A stretch of 64,000 nucleotides of DNA. It comes from Candidatus Saccharimonadia bacterium. Lineage in GTDB: Bacteria; Patescibacteriota; SICC01. The stretch covers positions 485,136 through 549,135 of the forward strand of contig JANWJF010000001.1 in assembly GCA_025449535.1 (NCBI GenBank), given 5' to 3'. A program made the position numbers and the translations under genes. The notes beneath the pieces were generated by a model. It was not told the origin of the DNA. It did not search any database and was given only the letters and a program-made list of their open reading frames with translations. Below, piece by piece: positions 8,785-17,696 of the stretch (the first letter of the stretch is position 1; every line of letters begins with the position of its first letter).

Positions 8785-9990
8785 ATGGCCGACTTCACCA
8801 AGGTCCGGACCGACTTCCCGGCGCTCACAGACGACTCCGCCTACCTGGACTCCGCGGCGACGGCGCAGAAACCGGAGACCGTACTCAAGGCAATGGACGG
8901 ATTCTACCGCGAGCGGTACGCGCCGGTTTCTCGCGGCAAGTACGCTGCCACGGAAGCGGCCACCGCGGAATACCGGGCAGCCCGGGAGGCGGTCGCGTCG
9001 TTCATCGGCGCCTCGGATGCCTCGGAGATCGTCTTTACGCAGAACGCCACTGCCTCGATCGATCTGGTCGCGCGCTGCTGGGCCATGGCTAACCTCGGCA
9101 AGGGCGACTCGATCCTGTTGACTGAGATGGAACACCATTCGAACTTCGTCCCGTGGCGGCTGTTGGCGGAGGCGCGCGGACTGGAGCTGCGTCTCGCGAA
9201 AATTGATGGGCATGGAACGCTGGATATCAATGACTTCAAGCGGAAGCTTCCCGGCGCGAAGCTCGTCGCGGTGACCCATGCTTCGAACGTGCTGGGGACG
9301 ATCAATCCGGTCACGAAGCTGGCGGCCCTGGCGCACGAGGCGGGGGCGAAGCTCCTGGTCGACGGGGCGCAGGCCGTCCCGGGCTTACCCGTCGACGTCG
9401 GGAAGCTAGGAGCGGACTGGTACGCGTTCAGCGGGCATAAGGCATACGGCCCGACCGGCATCGGTGTGCTCTGGACGCGGCGGGAGGTATATAGGGAGAT
9501 GACCCCGGCATTCGGAGGAGGCGGAACGGTCGGCAAAGTGACGTCGAAGAGTACGACGTTCCTCGACCCGCCCGCGAAGTTCGAGGCCGGGACGCCGCCG
9601 GTGGCGGAAGCGATCGGCCTGGCGGCGGCGTTGGAATACCTGGAGAAGATCGGCATGGGAAACGTGCGCAGCCACGCTGAGTCGATCACCACCCGGGCCC
9701 TGGAAACGCTACAGGGGATCGACGGCGTGACGGTGCTCGGCCCGCCCGATGCGAAGGATCGCGTGGGGCTGGTGACGTTCCTGCTGGACGGCGTCCATCC
9801 GGGCGACCTGGCGGTCAGCCTCGACCACGACGGCGTCGCGATCCGCTCCGAGCAGCAGTGCACGCAGCCGCTGCACCAGGCACTGGGTCTCGAGGCAAGC
9901 GCCCGCGCGAGCTTCGGGATTTATACGGACGAAAGCGACATCGACCGGCTGCATAGGTCATTGCTTTCGGCAAAGAAGACATTGGTTTGA
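8785..9990 (+). CDS. sufS: SufS-type cysteine desulfurase
   Basis: YLDSAAT, EMEHHSN, FSGHK (PLP Lys), FEAGTP; catalytic Cys in RSEQQC. Confidence 0.9.
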   Translation: MADFTKVRTDFPALTDDSAYLDSAATAQKPETVLKAMDGFYRERYAPVSRGKYAATEAATAEYRAAREAVASFIGASDASEIVFTQNATASIDLVARCWAMANLGKGDSILLTEMEHHSNFVPWRLLAEARGLELRLAKIDGHGTLDINDFKRKLPGAKLVAVTHASNVLGTINPVTKLAALAHEAGAKLLVDGAQAVPGLPVDVGKLGADWYAFSGHKAYGPTGIGVLWTRREVYREMTPAFGGGGTVGKVTSKSTTFLDPPAKFEAGTPPVAEAIGLAAALEYLEKIGMGNVRSHAESITTRALETLQGIDGVTVLGPPDAKDRVGLVTFLLDGVHPGDLAVSLDHDGVAIRSEQQCTQPLHQALGLEASARASFGIYTDESDIDRLHRSLLSAKKTLV

Positions 9991-10004
9991 TACAGTAAGC
10001 GGCC

Positions 10005-10502
10005 ATGGCTAGGATCGACCAGCGAGATGCCGCCGAGCGCGCCCGCGAGTATGAGCGATTGGAAGCAGGCTCCCTTCGGGCGGCCGCGCACGCGCTCCGG
10101 GAGACGTTCGGTCCCCACAAGGAGTTTCCGAATGCGGACGGCAGCGAAACGTTCGTGGTGAAGATCGCGGGACCGAGCGCGCCGCCCAGGCAGGGGTGGC
10201 GGTCTCCTCTCGATACTCGGCCCGTGCCGCAAGGCGCGCCGCTCGAAGTGTTGGCCTATCGCAGGTTACGTGATGGATCGGTCAGCGGAGCGTTCTTCGC
10301 GGTCATCGATGACCGCGACCATCCGGCGTTCCCTGACGTCGGTGCTCCGGAACATCCATTCTCGGGGAACTGGGCCGGCGAACTGTCCAACGACACGCGG
10401 ATGGGTCTTTTGACCTCGATTATGTGGGAGTTAGTGCACGGATTGCCGGAGGATAAGATATTCGGGCTTCACGACCGGCCACCCTTGGGCCACCAGCGGT
10501 AA
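10005..10502 (+). CDS. Hypothetical protein
   Basis: ORF with TACAGT 8 nt before ATG. Confidence 0.6.
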   Translation: MARIDQRDAAERAREYERLEAGSLRAAAHALRETFGPHKEFPNADGSETFVVKIAGPSAPPRQGWRSPLDTRPVPQGAPLEVLAYRRLRDGSVSGAFFAVIDDRDHPAFPDVGAPEHPFSGNWAGELSNDTRMGLLTSIMWELVHGLPEDKIFGLHDRPPLGHQR

Positions 10503-10792
10503 CGCTCGACGTCGCAGGTGAACTCCTTCGGATCGACGGCGATCCCTTCGGCCTCGACCTCCGCACGGTGGGTCGGCATGCCGCCGGGATAGCCCGGCGC
10601 CATCCGGCCGTGCCGGTTCACAACGCGATGCCAGGGTAGTTCCGGGTCGCCATAGTGCGCCACGAACCCGACGGCCTGCGCCTTGCGGGGCGCGCCGAGG
10701 ATGGCCGCGATCTGGCCGTACGTCATCACCCGGCCGCGGGGAATCTTCCGGACCAGCGCCTCGACCTGCTGTTTGAACGTCAGCTCAGGCAT
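10469..10792 (-). CDS. Alkyltransferase-like protein (ATL/YbaZ, MGMT family)
   Basis: IPRGRVMTYGQIA and PWHRV (Trp replaces the catalytic Cys). Confidence 0.9.
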   Translation of the reverse strand: MPELTFKQQVEALVRKIPRGRVMTYGQIAAILGAPRKAQAVGFVAHYGDPELPWHRVVNRHGRMAPGYPGGMPTHRAEVEAEGIAVDPKEFTCDVERYRWWPKGGRS

Positions 10793-12257
10793 TCGAGAGG
10801 TACTCGAGCAGCAGCCGCGTCCCGAAGCCGGAACCGCCCTTCTTGGTGTACCCGGAGTCCCTGTCCGGGGTAGCCGGGCCGCCGATGTCGAGGTGGACCC
10901 ACGGGACCGTGCCTACGAAGTGCTTGAGTAGCAGCGGTCCGGAAAGGGTGTAGGCGCGTCCCGACACGATGTTCGAGAAGTCCGCCACCTCGCTCTTGGT
11001 CATGTCGTCGTACTCAGCCGGGAACGGCAGCGGCCAGACCTTCTCGCCGGTGCGCTCCCCGGCTTCCCGAAGTTTCTTCTCCAATCCCGGCTTGGTCGCG
11101 AAGATCGCCGCGTACGACGGGCCCAGGCTGATGTCCGTGGCGGTCAGGGTTGCCAGGTCGATGATCTCGTCCGGCTTGTCCTTGGCGGCCGTGTGGGCCA
11201 AGGCGTCGGCCAGGGTCAGCCGTCCCTCCGCGTCGGTGTTGCCGACCTCGATGGTCTTGCCGTTGAACGTCTTCACCACGTCGCCGGGCTTGTAAGCGGC
11301 TCCGCCAAGCAGGTTCTCGACCGCCGGCAGATACCCGGTCACCCGATGCTTCACGCCGAGCTTCTTCAGCGCGCTCATCGCGCCAAGTACCGCCGCGCCG
11401 CCGGACATATCCAGTTTCATCGACTCCAGGCTGCCGCCGCGGGTCGGCTTGATGTTGATGCCGCCGGCGTCGTAGGTGACGCTCTTGCCCACCAGGACGA
11501 CGTGTTTCTTCGAACGGGTCTTCGGCCGGTAGGTCAGCTTGATGAACTGCGGCGGCTCGTCCGAACCTTTGGCTACGGCCAGGGTCGCGCCGAGTCCTGC
11601 TCGCTTCATCTCGGCCGGGCCGAGTACGGAGATACCGAGGCCGCTCTGCTTCGCGATCACCCGGGCTTCCTTCGCGAACTGCTTGGGGGTCAGGTGGGAC
11701 GGCGGCTCGTTGGCGAGGTCGCGGGCCAGGACCTGCGCTTCGGCGGTCACCCTGCCGCGGTCCCAGGCCCGCTTCAGGGCGGCGGCGTACGCCGGGGTCG
11801 GCTTCGGCGTGATCGCGACGATTCCCAATGGCTTCCGGGCCTTGCCGCTCTTATGCTTGGTGAACTTATAATCGCCGAGGAGGAGTCCTTCCGCGCAGGC
11901 GGACAGCACCCCGGCGCTCTTGGCCGGCGGCGCCATCAGGGCGAGCGAGTACAGGTGGTGCTGGCGGGCGAACGGCGCCAGGCTCCCGTTGATCTTGCGG
12001 ATGTCCTCGTCGGATCCGCCGGTGCCCACCCCCGCGACCAGCAACCAGGAGCATTTGAGGCCCTGCGGCGCCGGCAGCAGGAACTGCTCCCCGACCGTGC
12101 CCTTGGCCTTACGGCGCTTGGCTTCCCGATCGATATCCTTCAAATCCGCGGCCGAGAGGTACGCCGCGAAGTCCTTGGGCACACCTTTGCCTTTGACGAA
12201 AGAAACGACGAATGCATCGGTGCCTCGGGGAATCGTCTTGGAAACGTGAAATTTCAT
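10785..12257 (-). CDS. pepA: Leucyl aminopeptidase (M17)
   Basis: [25 protein letters not shown] and WVHLDI motifs. Confidence 0.95.
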   Translation of the reverse strand: MKFHVSKTIPRGTDAFVVSFVKGKGVPKDFAAYLSAADLKDIDREAKRRKAKGTVGEQFLLPAPQGLKCSWLLVAGVGTGGSDEDIRKINGSLAPFARQHHLYSLALMAPPAKSAGVLSACAEGLLLGDYKFTKHKSGKARKPLGIVAITPKPTPAYAAALKRAWDRGRVTAEAQVLARDLANEPPSHLTPKQFAKEARVIAKQSGLGISVLGPAEMKRAGLGATLAVAKGSDEPPQFIKLTYRPKTRSKKHVVLVGKSVTYDAGGINIKPTRGGSLESMKLDMSGGAAVLGAMSALKKLGVKHRVTGYLPAVENLLGGAAYKPGDVVKTFNGKTIEVGNTDAEGRLTLADALAHTAAKDKPDEIIDLATLTATDISLGPSYAAIFATKPGLEKKLREAGERTGEKVWPLPFPAEYDDMTKSEVADFSNIVSGRAYTLSGPLLLKHFVGTVPWVHLDIGGPATPDRDSGYTKKGGSGFGTRLLLEYLSNA

Positions 12258-12327
12258 GGTTCGTCCGTAGAATGTAACAGTATCCAGTATATAGGGATAT
12301 CGGATACTAAAAGAATGTGTCCAGGAT

Positions 12328-12352
12328 CGGAACGTGGCGCAGCCTGGTAGCG
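12328..12352 (+). repeat. Duplicated 5' fragment of tRNA-Pro (acceptor 5' strand plus D-arm)
   Basis: CGGAACGTGGCGCAGCCTGGTAGCG; 20 nt identical to 12383-12402 at an offset of 50 nt. Confidence 0.8.
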
Positions 12353-12377
12353 GACGTTAATAGTTTGTGCAAAAAGT

Positions 12378-12451
12378 CGGGGCGTGGCGCAGCCTGGTAG
12401 CGCGCACCGTTCGGGTCGGTGAGGTCGCCAGTTCGAATCTGGCCGCCCCGA
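12378..12451 (+). tRNA. tRNA-Pro(CGG)
   Basis: CGGGGCG/CGCCCCG acceptor stem, anticodon loop TTCGGGT, T-loop GTTCGAATC; CCA not encoded. Confidence 0.95.
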
Positions 12452-12517
12452 CTTTTTGCACAACGCAGGCAAGCCTGTGCCCAGGCGCCGAATCTGTCAT
12501 TATGATGGCGCGTTGAT

Positions 12518-13657
12518 ATGGCCAAAGGCGATTCAAACCGGGACGGCGACGCGGCGGGCACGCCCCAGCCGAGCGTCACGCAGCAGATCCTGACCTCGAT
12601 CGTCCAGAACACGGACGACGCGGTGATCAGCCGTGACCTCGACGGCAAGATCCTCACGTGGAACAAGGGCGCCGAGCGCCTGTACGGTTACAAGATGTCC
12701 GAGGCGGTCGGGAAGCCGGTCAGTATCATCGTGCCGGACGACCTGCCGCCGGACGACCGCGACGTCGTCAGGCGGATCCGCCGCGGCGAGCACGTCGAGC
12801 ACTACGTCACCACGCGGCAGCGCAAGGACGGCAGCAAGGTGGTGGTGGACCTCACGGTCTCGCCGCTCCGGGACAAGCGGGGCCGGTTCATCGGCATCTC
12901 CAGCATCGCCCGTGACATCACCGAGCAGAGCATGATGCTCAAGCGGCAGCGCGAGTTCATCTCCATCGCCTCGCACGAGCTGCGGACCCCGCTGACGGCC
13001 CTCACCGGGTACCTGGCCCTCTCGCAGGGTGCGGACGATCCGCTCCAGGCCAACGAGTTCACCCGGCGGGCGTACCAAGCCGCGCAGCGCCTGACCAAGC
13101 TGGTCGAGGACCTGCTCGAGGTAGCGCGACTGGAGGAGGACCGGGTGGTCCTCGACCTCGCGCCGTTCAATCCGTCGGCGATCGTCGAGGAGTCGGTGCA
13201 GGAGCTGGCACCGGTGGTTCGTCAGAAGCGGCTCCAGCTCCGGCTGAAGGACGAACTCACCGGCCGGGACCTGGTCAAGGTCGACCCGGTGAAGTTCCAC
13301 CAGATCGTCCGGAACCTGCTCGACAATGCTCTCAAGTACACGCCGTCCGGCGGGCGGGTCAGCGTGAACCTGACGTCGTCCGGCGACGTGGTCCGGATCC
13401 GAATCAAGGACACAGGCATCGGCATCGACGAGAAGAACCTGGAGAAGATCTTCGATAAATTCTTCCGCGAGTACACGGAGCTGTCCGTGCACGCCGGCGG
13501 CACGGGATTAGGTCTGTTCATCACCAAGCAGCTCGTGGATCGGATGGGCGGCACGCTGGCGATCCGCTCCCGCCGCCAGCAGGGCACCGCCGTGACGCTC
13601 GAGTTCCCGAAGGCCAAGGTGCGGAAGCGGAAGACTGCCGCCAAGCGGAAGAAGTAG
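12518..13657 (+). CDS. Cytoplasmic PAS-domain sensor histidine kinase
   Basis: PAS (WNKGAERLYGY), H-box SHELRTPL, N/G1/F/G2 boxes. Confidence 0.95.
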   Translation: MAKGDSNRDGDAAGTPQPSVTQQILTSIVQNTDDAVISRDLDGKILTWNKGAERLYGYKMSEAVGKPVSIIVPDDLPPDDRDVVRRIRRGEHVEHYVTTRQRKDGSKVVVDLTVSPLRDKRGRFIGISSIARDITEQSMMLKRQREFISIASHELRTPLTALTGYLALSQGADDPLQANEFTRRAYQAAQRLTKLVEDLLEVARLEEDRVVLDLAPFNPSAIVEESVQELAPVVRQKRLQLRLKDELTGRDLVKVDPVKFHQIVRNLLDNALKYTPSGGRVSVNLTSSGDVVRIRIKDTGIGIDEKNLEKIFDKFFREYTELSVHAGGTGLGLFITKQLVDRMGGTLAIRSRRQQGTAVTLEFPKAKVRKRKTAAKRKK

Positions 13658-13698
13658 AAGCCTGCCCCGCTTGCTACAATGCAGGCAAAGAAATAAAT

Positions 13699-15066
13699 AT
13701 GACCCGCACGCTCACCATCACCTCACCGATAGACGGTTCGGTCGTCGGGACGGTCCCGCGCCGGACCGCCCGCGACGTCCGCACCGCGTACTCCCGCCTG
13801 GCCAAGGCGCAGCGGGAATTCGCGTCCGCGCCGCTCGCCGAACGGCTCCGGGTGACCAAGCTGCTCGCGACGACGCTCCTTGAGAACCGGAAGAAACTCG
13901 CCGACCTGCTGGTCCGCGAGATCGGCAAGACGCCGGCCGAGGCGGACACGGAGGTCATCCGGACGGCGGACATCGTCACGGGGACGATCCGCGAGGCCAA
14001 GCGCCAGCGGCCGGAAGTGATCAAGGACGCCGGGAATCCAAAACGGCGGCAGGAGGTCGGCCGGATGCCGCTGGGCGTGGTCCTGGCGATCAGCCCGTTC
14101 AACTATCCGATCAACTTGGCGATCACCAAACTGGCCCCGGCCTTGGCCGCGGGCAACGCGGTGCTCTGGAAGCCGTCCACCCAAGGTTCGGTCGTGGCGA
14201 CGCGGTTCGCGCAGGGACTCTACGCGGCGGGCTTCCCCCGACAGCTCCTCGCCGTGATCACCGGCAGCGGTTCCGAACTGGGAGAAGCCTTGGTGACCGA
14301 CCCGCAGTGCGGCATGGTCTCGATGACCGGCAGCACGGAGACGGGGCAGTGGATCGCGGGGCGCACTGGCGCGATTCCGCTCTTCCTCGAGCTCGGCGGG
14401 AACGACCCGGCGATCGTCCTGGCGGATGCGGACCTCGACCTGGCGGCGAAGCACATCGTCGGCGGGGCGTTCAAGCTGGCCGGCCAGCGCTGCACCGCGG
14501 TCAAACGGGTGTATGTCGTCCGGTCCGTGGCCGACCGGCTGGTGCGGAAGATCGATGCCGAGGTCGCCAAGCTCGGTCCCGCCGGCGACCCGCGCGAGCA
14601 TCCCATCGGGCCGCTGGTCGACGACTCGGCCGCGCGGCGCCAGCGTCGATTGATCGCGGACGCCAGGAAGCGCGGTGCGAAGGTGATCCGCGGCGGTACG
14701 GTCCACGGTCGCTACGTGGAGCCGACGTTGCTCGACAAGGTCCCGCAGCGCGCCGCCGTCGTGCGGGAGGAACAGTTCGGTCCGGTATTGCCGGTCATCC
14801 GGGTGAAGGATGCGGACGAAGCGGTCCGGCTCGCGAACGACACGGAGTACGGCCTGCAGGCCAGCGTCTTCTCACGGAACGCGAAGCGCGCCCGCGCGGT
14901 CGCGGATCGGATCGACGCCGGCGGCGTCCATCTGAACGGCCCGGACCAGCGCGGCCCGGACAACTTCCTGTTCACCGGTCACAAGGGTTCCGGCCTCGGC
15001 GCCCAAGGCATCCGGTTCGCCCTGGAGTCGATGAGCAAGCCGAAGACGACGGTTACGAACCGGTAA
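13699..15066 (+). CDS. gapN: Aldehyde dehydrogenase, GapN-like (non-phosphorylating NADP-GAPDH)
   Basis: SPFNYP, ELGG, GQRCTA, EQFGPV and the GapN-type QRGPDNF. Confidence 0.8.
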   Translation: MTRTLTITSPIDGSVVGTVPRRTARDVRTAYSRLAKAQREFASAPLAERLRVTKLLATTLLENRKKLADLLVREIGKTPAEADTEVIRTADIVTGTIREAKRQRPEVIKDAGNPKRRQEVGRMPLGVVLAISPFNYPINLAITKLAPALAAGNAVLWKPSTQGSVVATRFAQGLYAAGFPRQLLAVITGSGSELGEALVTDPQCGMVSMTGSTETGQWIAGRTGAIPLFLELGGNDPAIVLADADLDLAAKHIVGGAFKLAGQRCTAVKRVYVVRSVADRLVRKIDAEVAKLGPAGDPREHPIGPLVDDSAARRQRRLIADARKRGAKVIRGGTVHGRYVEPTLLDKVPQRAAVVREEQFGPVLPVIRVKDADEAVRLANDTEYGLQASVFSRNAKRARAVADRIDAGGVHLNGPDQRGPDNFLFTGHKGSGLGAQGIRFALESMSKPKTTVTNR

Positions 15067-15132
15067 GCTTTCCAGACCGCTCTGACTCTTGACATAAGGG
15101 CCGTTTTGTGTTTCAATTAAGCAATTTTTGCA

Positions 15133-16212
15133 ATGAAACACACACCAATAAAAAGTAGGTCGCGGCTGCTTCTCGCCCTGTTCGCCTGCCTGACGCTGGT
15201 CGGGACGGCGGCTCCGGCCGGGGCGCAAGGCGGCTCGGTGGCCCGGGACCAGAACCACCTCGAGTCGTTGGACGAAGAGATCCTCTCGCTGGCGGCGCGG
15301 ATCCCCGAGCTGCGCAAACAGATCGCGGAGACCGAGGAACTGCAGAAGGACACTGCGAGGAAGGTCGCCGCGGCCGAGCACGAGGAGGCCGAGCTGCGGC
15401 CGAAGCTGGAGGCGGCCGTCGCGGAGTACCGCCGGTCGGTGGACGCGCTGAAGGAAGCGATCCAGATCGACTACGAAGCCGAGGATCCGGGCGTGGTCGA
15501 GCTGGCGGCGGAGAGCGGGACGCTGAGCGAGAAGTTCAGCCGGGCCAGCTATCGTGCCGCCATCGGCGAGTCGTTCGAACGGCTGGCGGAGGACGCGGAG
15601 GACGCGGAAGCGAAACTCCGGCAGCAGAAGGACCGGCTGGACGGCACGATCGGTTCGCTCGAGGTGCTGCAGCGCCAGCAGCAGGCGTTGGAGCTGGGGC
15701 TTGAGGACCAGAAGCGCGAGCTGGCGGAGTCGATCGACAACCGCGAGGACGAGGCGCAGTACCTGCGCGTGCGGATCACCCGGGCCAAGGCGGTGCGGGA
15801 CGGCCTGCTGACGGCGTCACTCGGTGGGGCGTTCACCGAGGGCGAACGGGTGGAGCGCGGCGATGTGGTCGGGTTCGAAGGCTCGACCGGGTTCTCGACC
15901 GGCTGCCATACGCACTTCTCGGTGATCGACGGCGGTCGCTGGGCCGACCCGGCGCTCTACTGGCGCGAGCTGGCCAAGCCCGCGGGACAGATCTTCCAGC
16001 CGTTCGGCATGACCGACTGGGCGAAGCGCGGCGTTTACGGCGGTAACGTCCACAACGGCATCGACTTCGTGCAGGGCTGCGGCAACGCGGTCCGGACCGC
16101 GGCGGACGGCGTGATCATCCGCGACATCCGGAACGACGGCTCCGGCTTCGGCCACTATGTGATGGTCCGCCATAAGGGCGGCATCATCACGCTATACGCG
16201 CACCTGATCTAA
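15133..16212 (+). CDS. Secreted coiled-coil protein with a circularly permuted M23 peptidase domain
   Basis: Signal peptide, long coiled coil, STG.STG.HxH before HxxxD, ends at YAHL. Confidence 0.85.
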   Translation: MKHTPIKSRSRLLLALFACLTLVGTAAPAGAQGGSVARDQNHLESLDEEILSLAARIPELRKQIAETEELQKDTARKVAAAEHEEAELRPKLEAAVAEYRRSVDALKEAIQIDYEAEDPGVVELAAESGTLSEKFSRASYRAAIGESFERLAEDAEDAEAKLRQQKDRLDGTIGSLEVLQRQQQALELGLEDQKRELAESIDNREDEAQYLRVRITRAKAVRDGLLTASLGGAFTEGERVERGDVVGFEGSTGFSTGCHTHFSVIDGGRWADPALYWRELAKPAGQIFQPFGMTDWAKRGVYGGNVHNGIDFVQGCGNAVRTAADGVIIRDIRNDGSGFGHYVMVRHKGGIITLYAHLI

Positions 16213-17084
16213 TCTGGCTGTCCAAGGCGGACCGCTCCCCGGCGGATGGCTTCCTTCTCGACGGCCTTGTCCTCGAGGTATCGCCACGATTCGCCGCACC
16301 CTTTGCACCCGGTGATGTGGTTCCGCATCCGTGCGGCCGTTTCCTCGCCGATAACGTCGATGTTCCCTCGATGTAACGCCCCCATGCGGGTGGTGCTAAT
16401 GTGGGTCATCGGCCCAACGAAGAACGGATTGCGTACGTCTAGCGCGATTCCCTCGAATACGGCTTTGACGGCATCCGTGGCGCTGTCGACCTCGCCCAGC
16501 TTGAGATAGTCCCAGGCATTAAGCCCGTCGCCCTCGTGCGAAGGCTCGACGGTCTGCATGGCTACGCGCAAGGTTTCGACATCCAAGAGCCGTTCTCCTG
16601 CCGTGTTAACCGTGTACAGTAGTTCCGGGCCTTCCTGGATCACGTGGCGTTGGTCGAACCGTAGTTCGGGAATCGCCGCCATCTCTTCCAGCAACTCAAG
16701 ATACTTGGCGGCCCGGTTAAGCGCAGCGAAGTCCGGGGCTTCGGTGGGAGGCTCGGGAAGACCGTCTTCGGGCGAGCCGGGCAGTCCCGCTATCGTGTGC
16801 AGAAACAGTTCCGGGGGCCATTTCGCCAGCTCGGCCAGACGGGTGAAGCGCTCGCGGACCTTCGCAAGGGGAACGGCAGGGTCGGCGGTGTCGTACAGGT
16901 GCTCTCGTCGCTTTTGTTCCCGCTCGTCGGGTTCGGGAAACAGTCCGGCCAAATCGTCGAAACGACCTTCTTGAATCGCAGCTCCCACCCAGTGCAGCTC
17001 GGGCAGTACCGGAGTGGTGCGGCTGAAGAAATCGGGAGCACGTTCGTCCTTTGTTGGGGTGTCTCCTACCGGTCCTTCGGGCAT
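16209..17084 (-). CDS. Hypothetical protein with a C-terminal HxxxCxxC (zf-HC2-like) motif
   Basis: Start reassigned to MPEG (TATAGT 9 nt upstream); NHITGCKGC. Confidence 0.7.
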   Translation of the reverse strand: MPEGPVGDTPTKDERAPDFFSRTTPVLPELHWVGAAIQEGRFDDLAGLFPEPDEREQKRREHLYDTADPAVPLAKVRERFTRLAELAKWPPELFLHTIAGLPGSPEDGLPEPPTEAPDFAALNRAAKYLELLEEMAAIPELRFDQRHVIQEGPELLYTVNTAGERLLDVETLRVAMQTVEPSHEGDGLNAWDYLKLGEVDSATDAVKAVFEGIALDVRNPFFVGPMTHISTTRMGALHRGNIDVIGEETAARMRNHITGCKGCGESWRYLEDKAVEKEAIRRGAVRLGQPD

Positions 17085-17123
17085 AGTGCTCACACTATAC
17101 ACGGAGGAAGGCGGCCCATCGTC

Positions 17124-17653
17124 ACCTACGTCCGCAGCCAGGGGAATCTCGATGTCGGGATGTCGCATCGCGACGTCGTCATCGGATTCCCGCTAGCCAC
17201 CACCTGGCTGGATCATGCTTCTTTTTTCGACGGGGCTTCGAGGGCACGGACCACCGGAAGTGAGAACGCCATCGCGATTCCGCCGTAGTAGCAGGCCTCT
17301 GCGATCGTCTCGTCTTCGATGAACATTGACCCGACGAGACCGCCGATGAACCAACAGACCATCCAACAGCCGAGGAAGACGTAGAAGGCCTTCTCCGGCA
17401 GATGGTCCAGTCCCTTCGACAGCAGGACCAGCGCTCCGACAAGGGCCGCCCCGCCGACGATCACGAGCGGCGCGTAGCCGATCACGTCTGCGACGAACGG
17501 CCAGTTCATCACGGCGCCGCCGAAGCCGACCAGGAACGCCATGGCGGTGAACAGGCCGATCGTGGCGTACCCGATGATATTCCACATCGTGTCCCCCATA
17601 CTTCTCCTTTCTCGATCCAGCCGGTGATGGCTGGGTGCGGACGCAGGTTGGTA
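17124..17653 (-). ncRNA. RNA frame (three-way junction) enclosing ORF 17213-17599
   Basis: P1 17636-17648 with 17124-17136; P2 17614-17634 with 17193-17214; P3 hairpin 17142-17191. Confidence 0.7.
17213..17599 (-). CDS. Small 4-TM membrane protein
   Basis: SD AAAGGAG before ATG 17599; four hydrophobic helices. Confidence 0.8.
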   Translation of the reverse strand: MGDTMWNIIGYATIGLFTAMAFLVGFGGAVMNWPFVADVIGYAPLVIVGGAALVGALVLLSKGLDHLPEKAFYVFLGCWMVCWFIGGLVGSMFIEDETIAEACYYGGIAMAFSLPVVRALEAPSKKEA

Positions 17654-17696
17654 AAGGTCGCCGACGGGCAACGGTACCACGTGCCGGAACCGGCGG

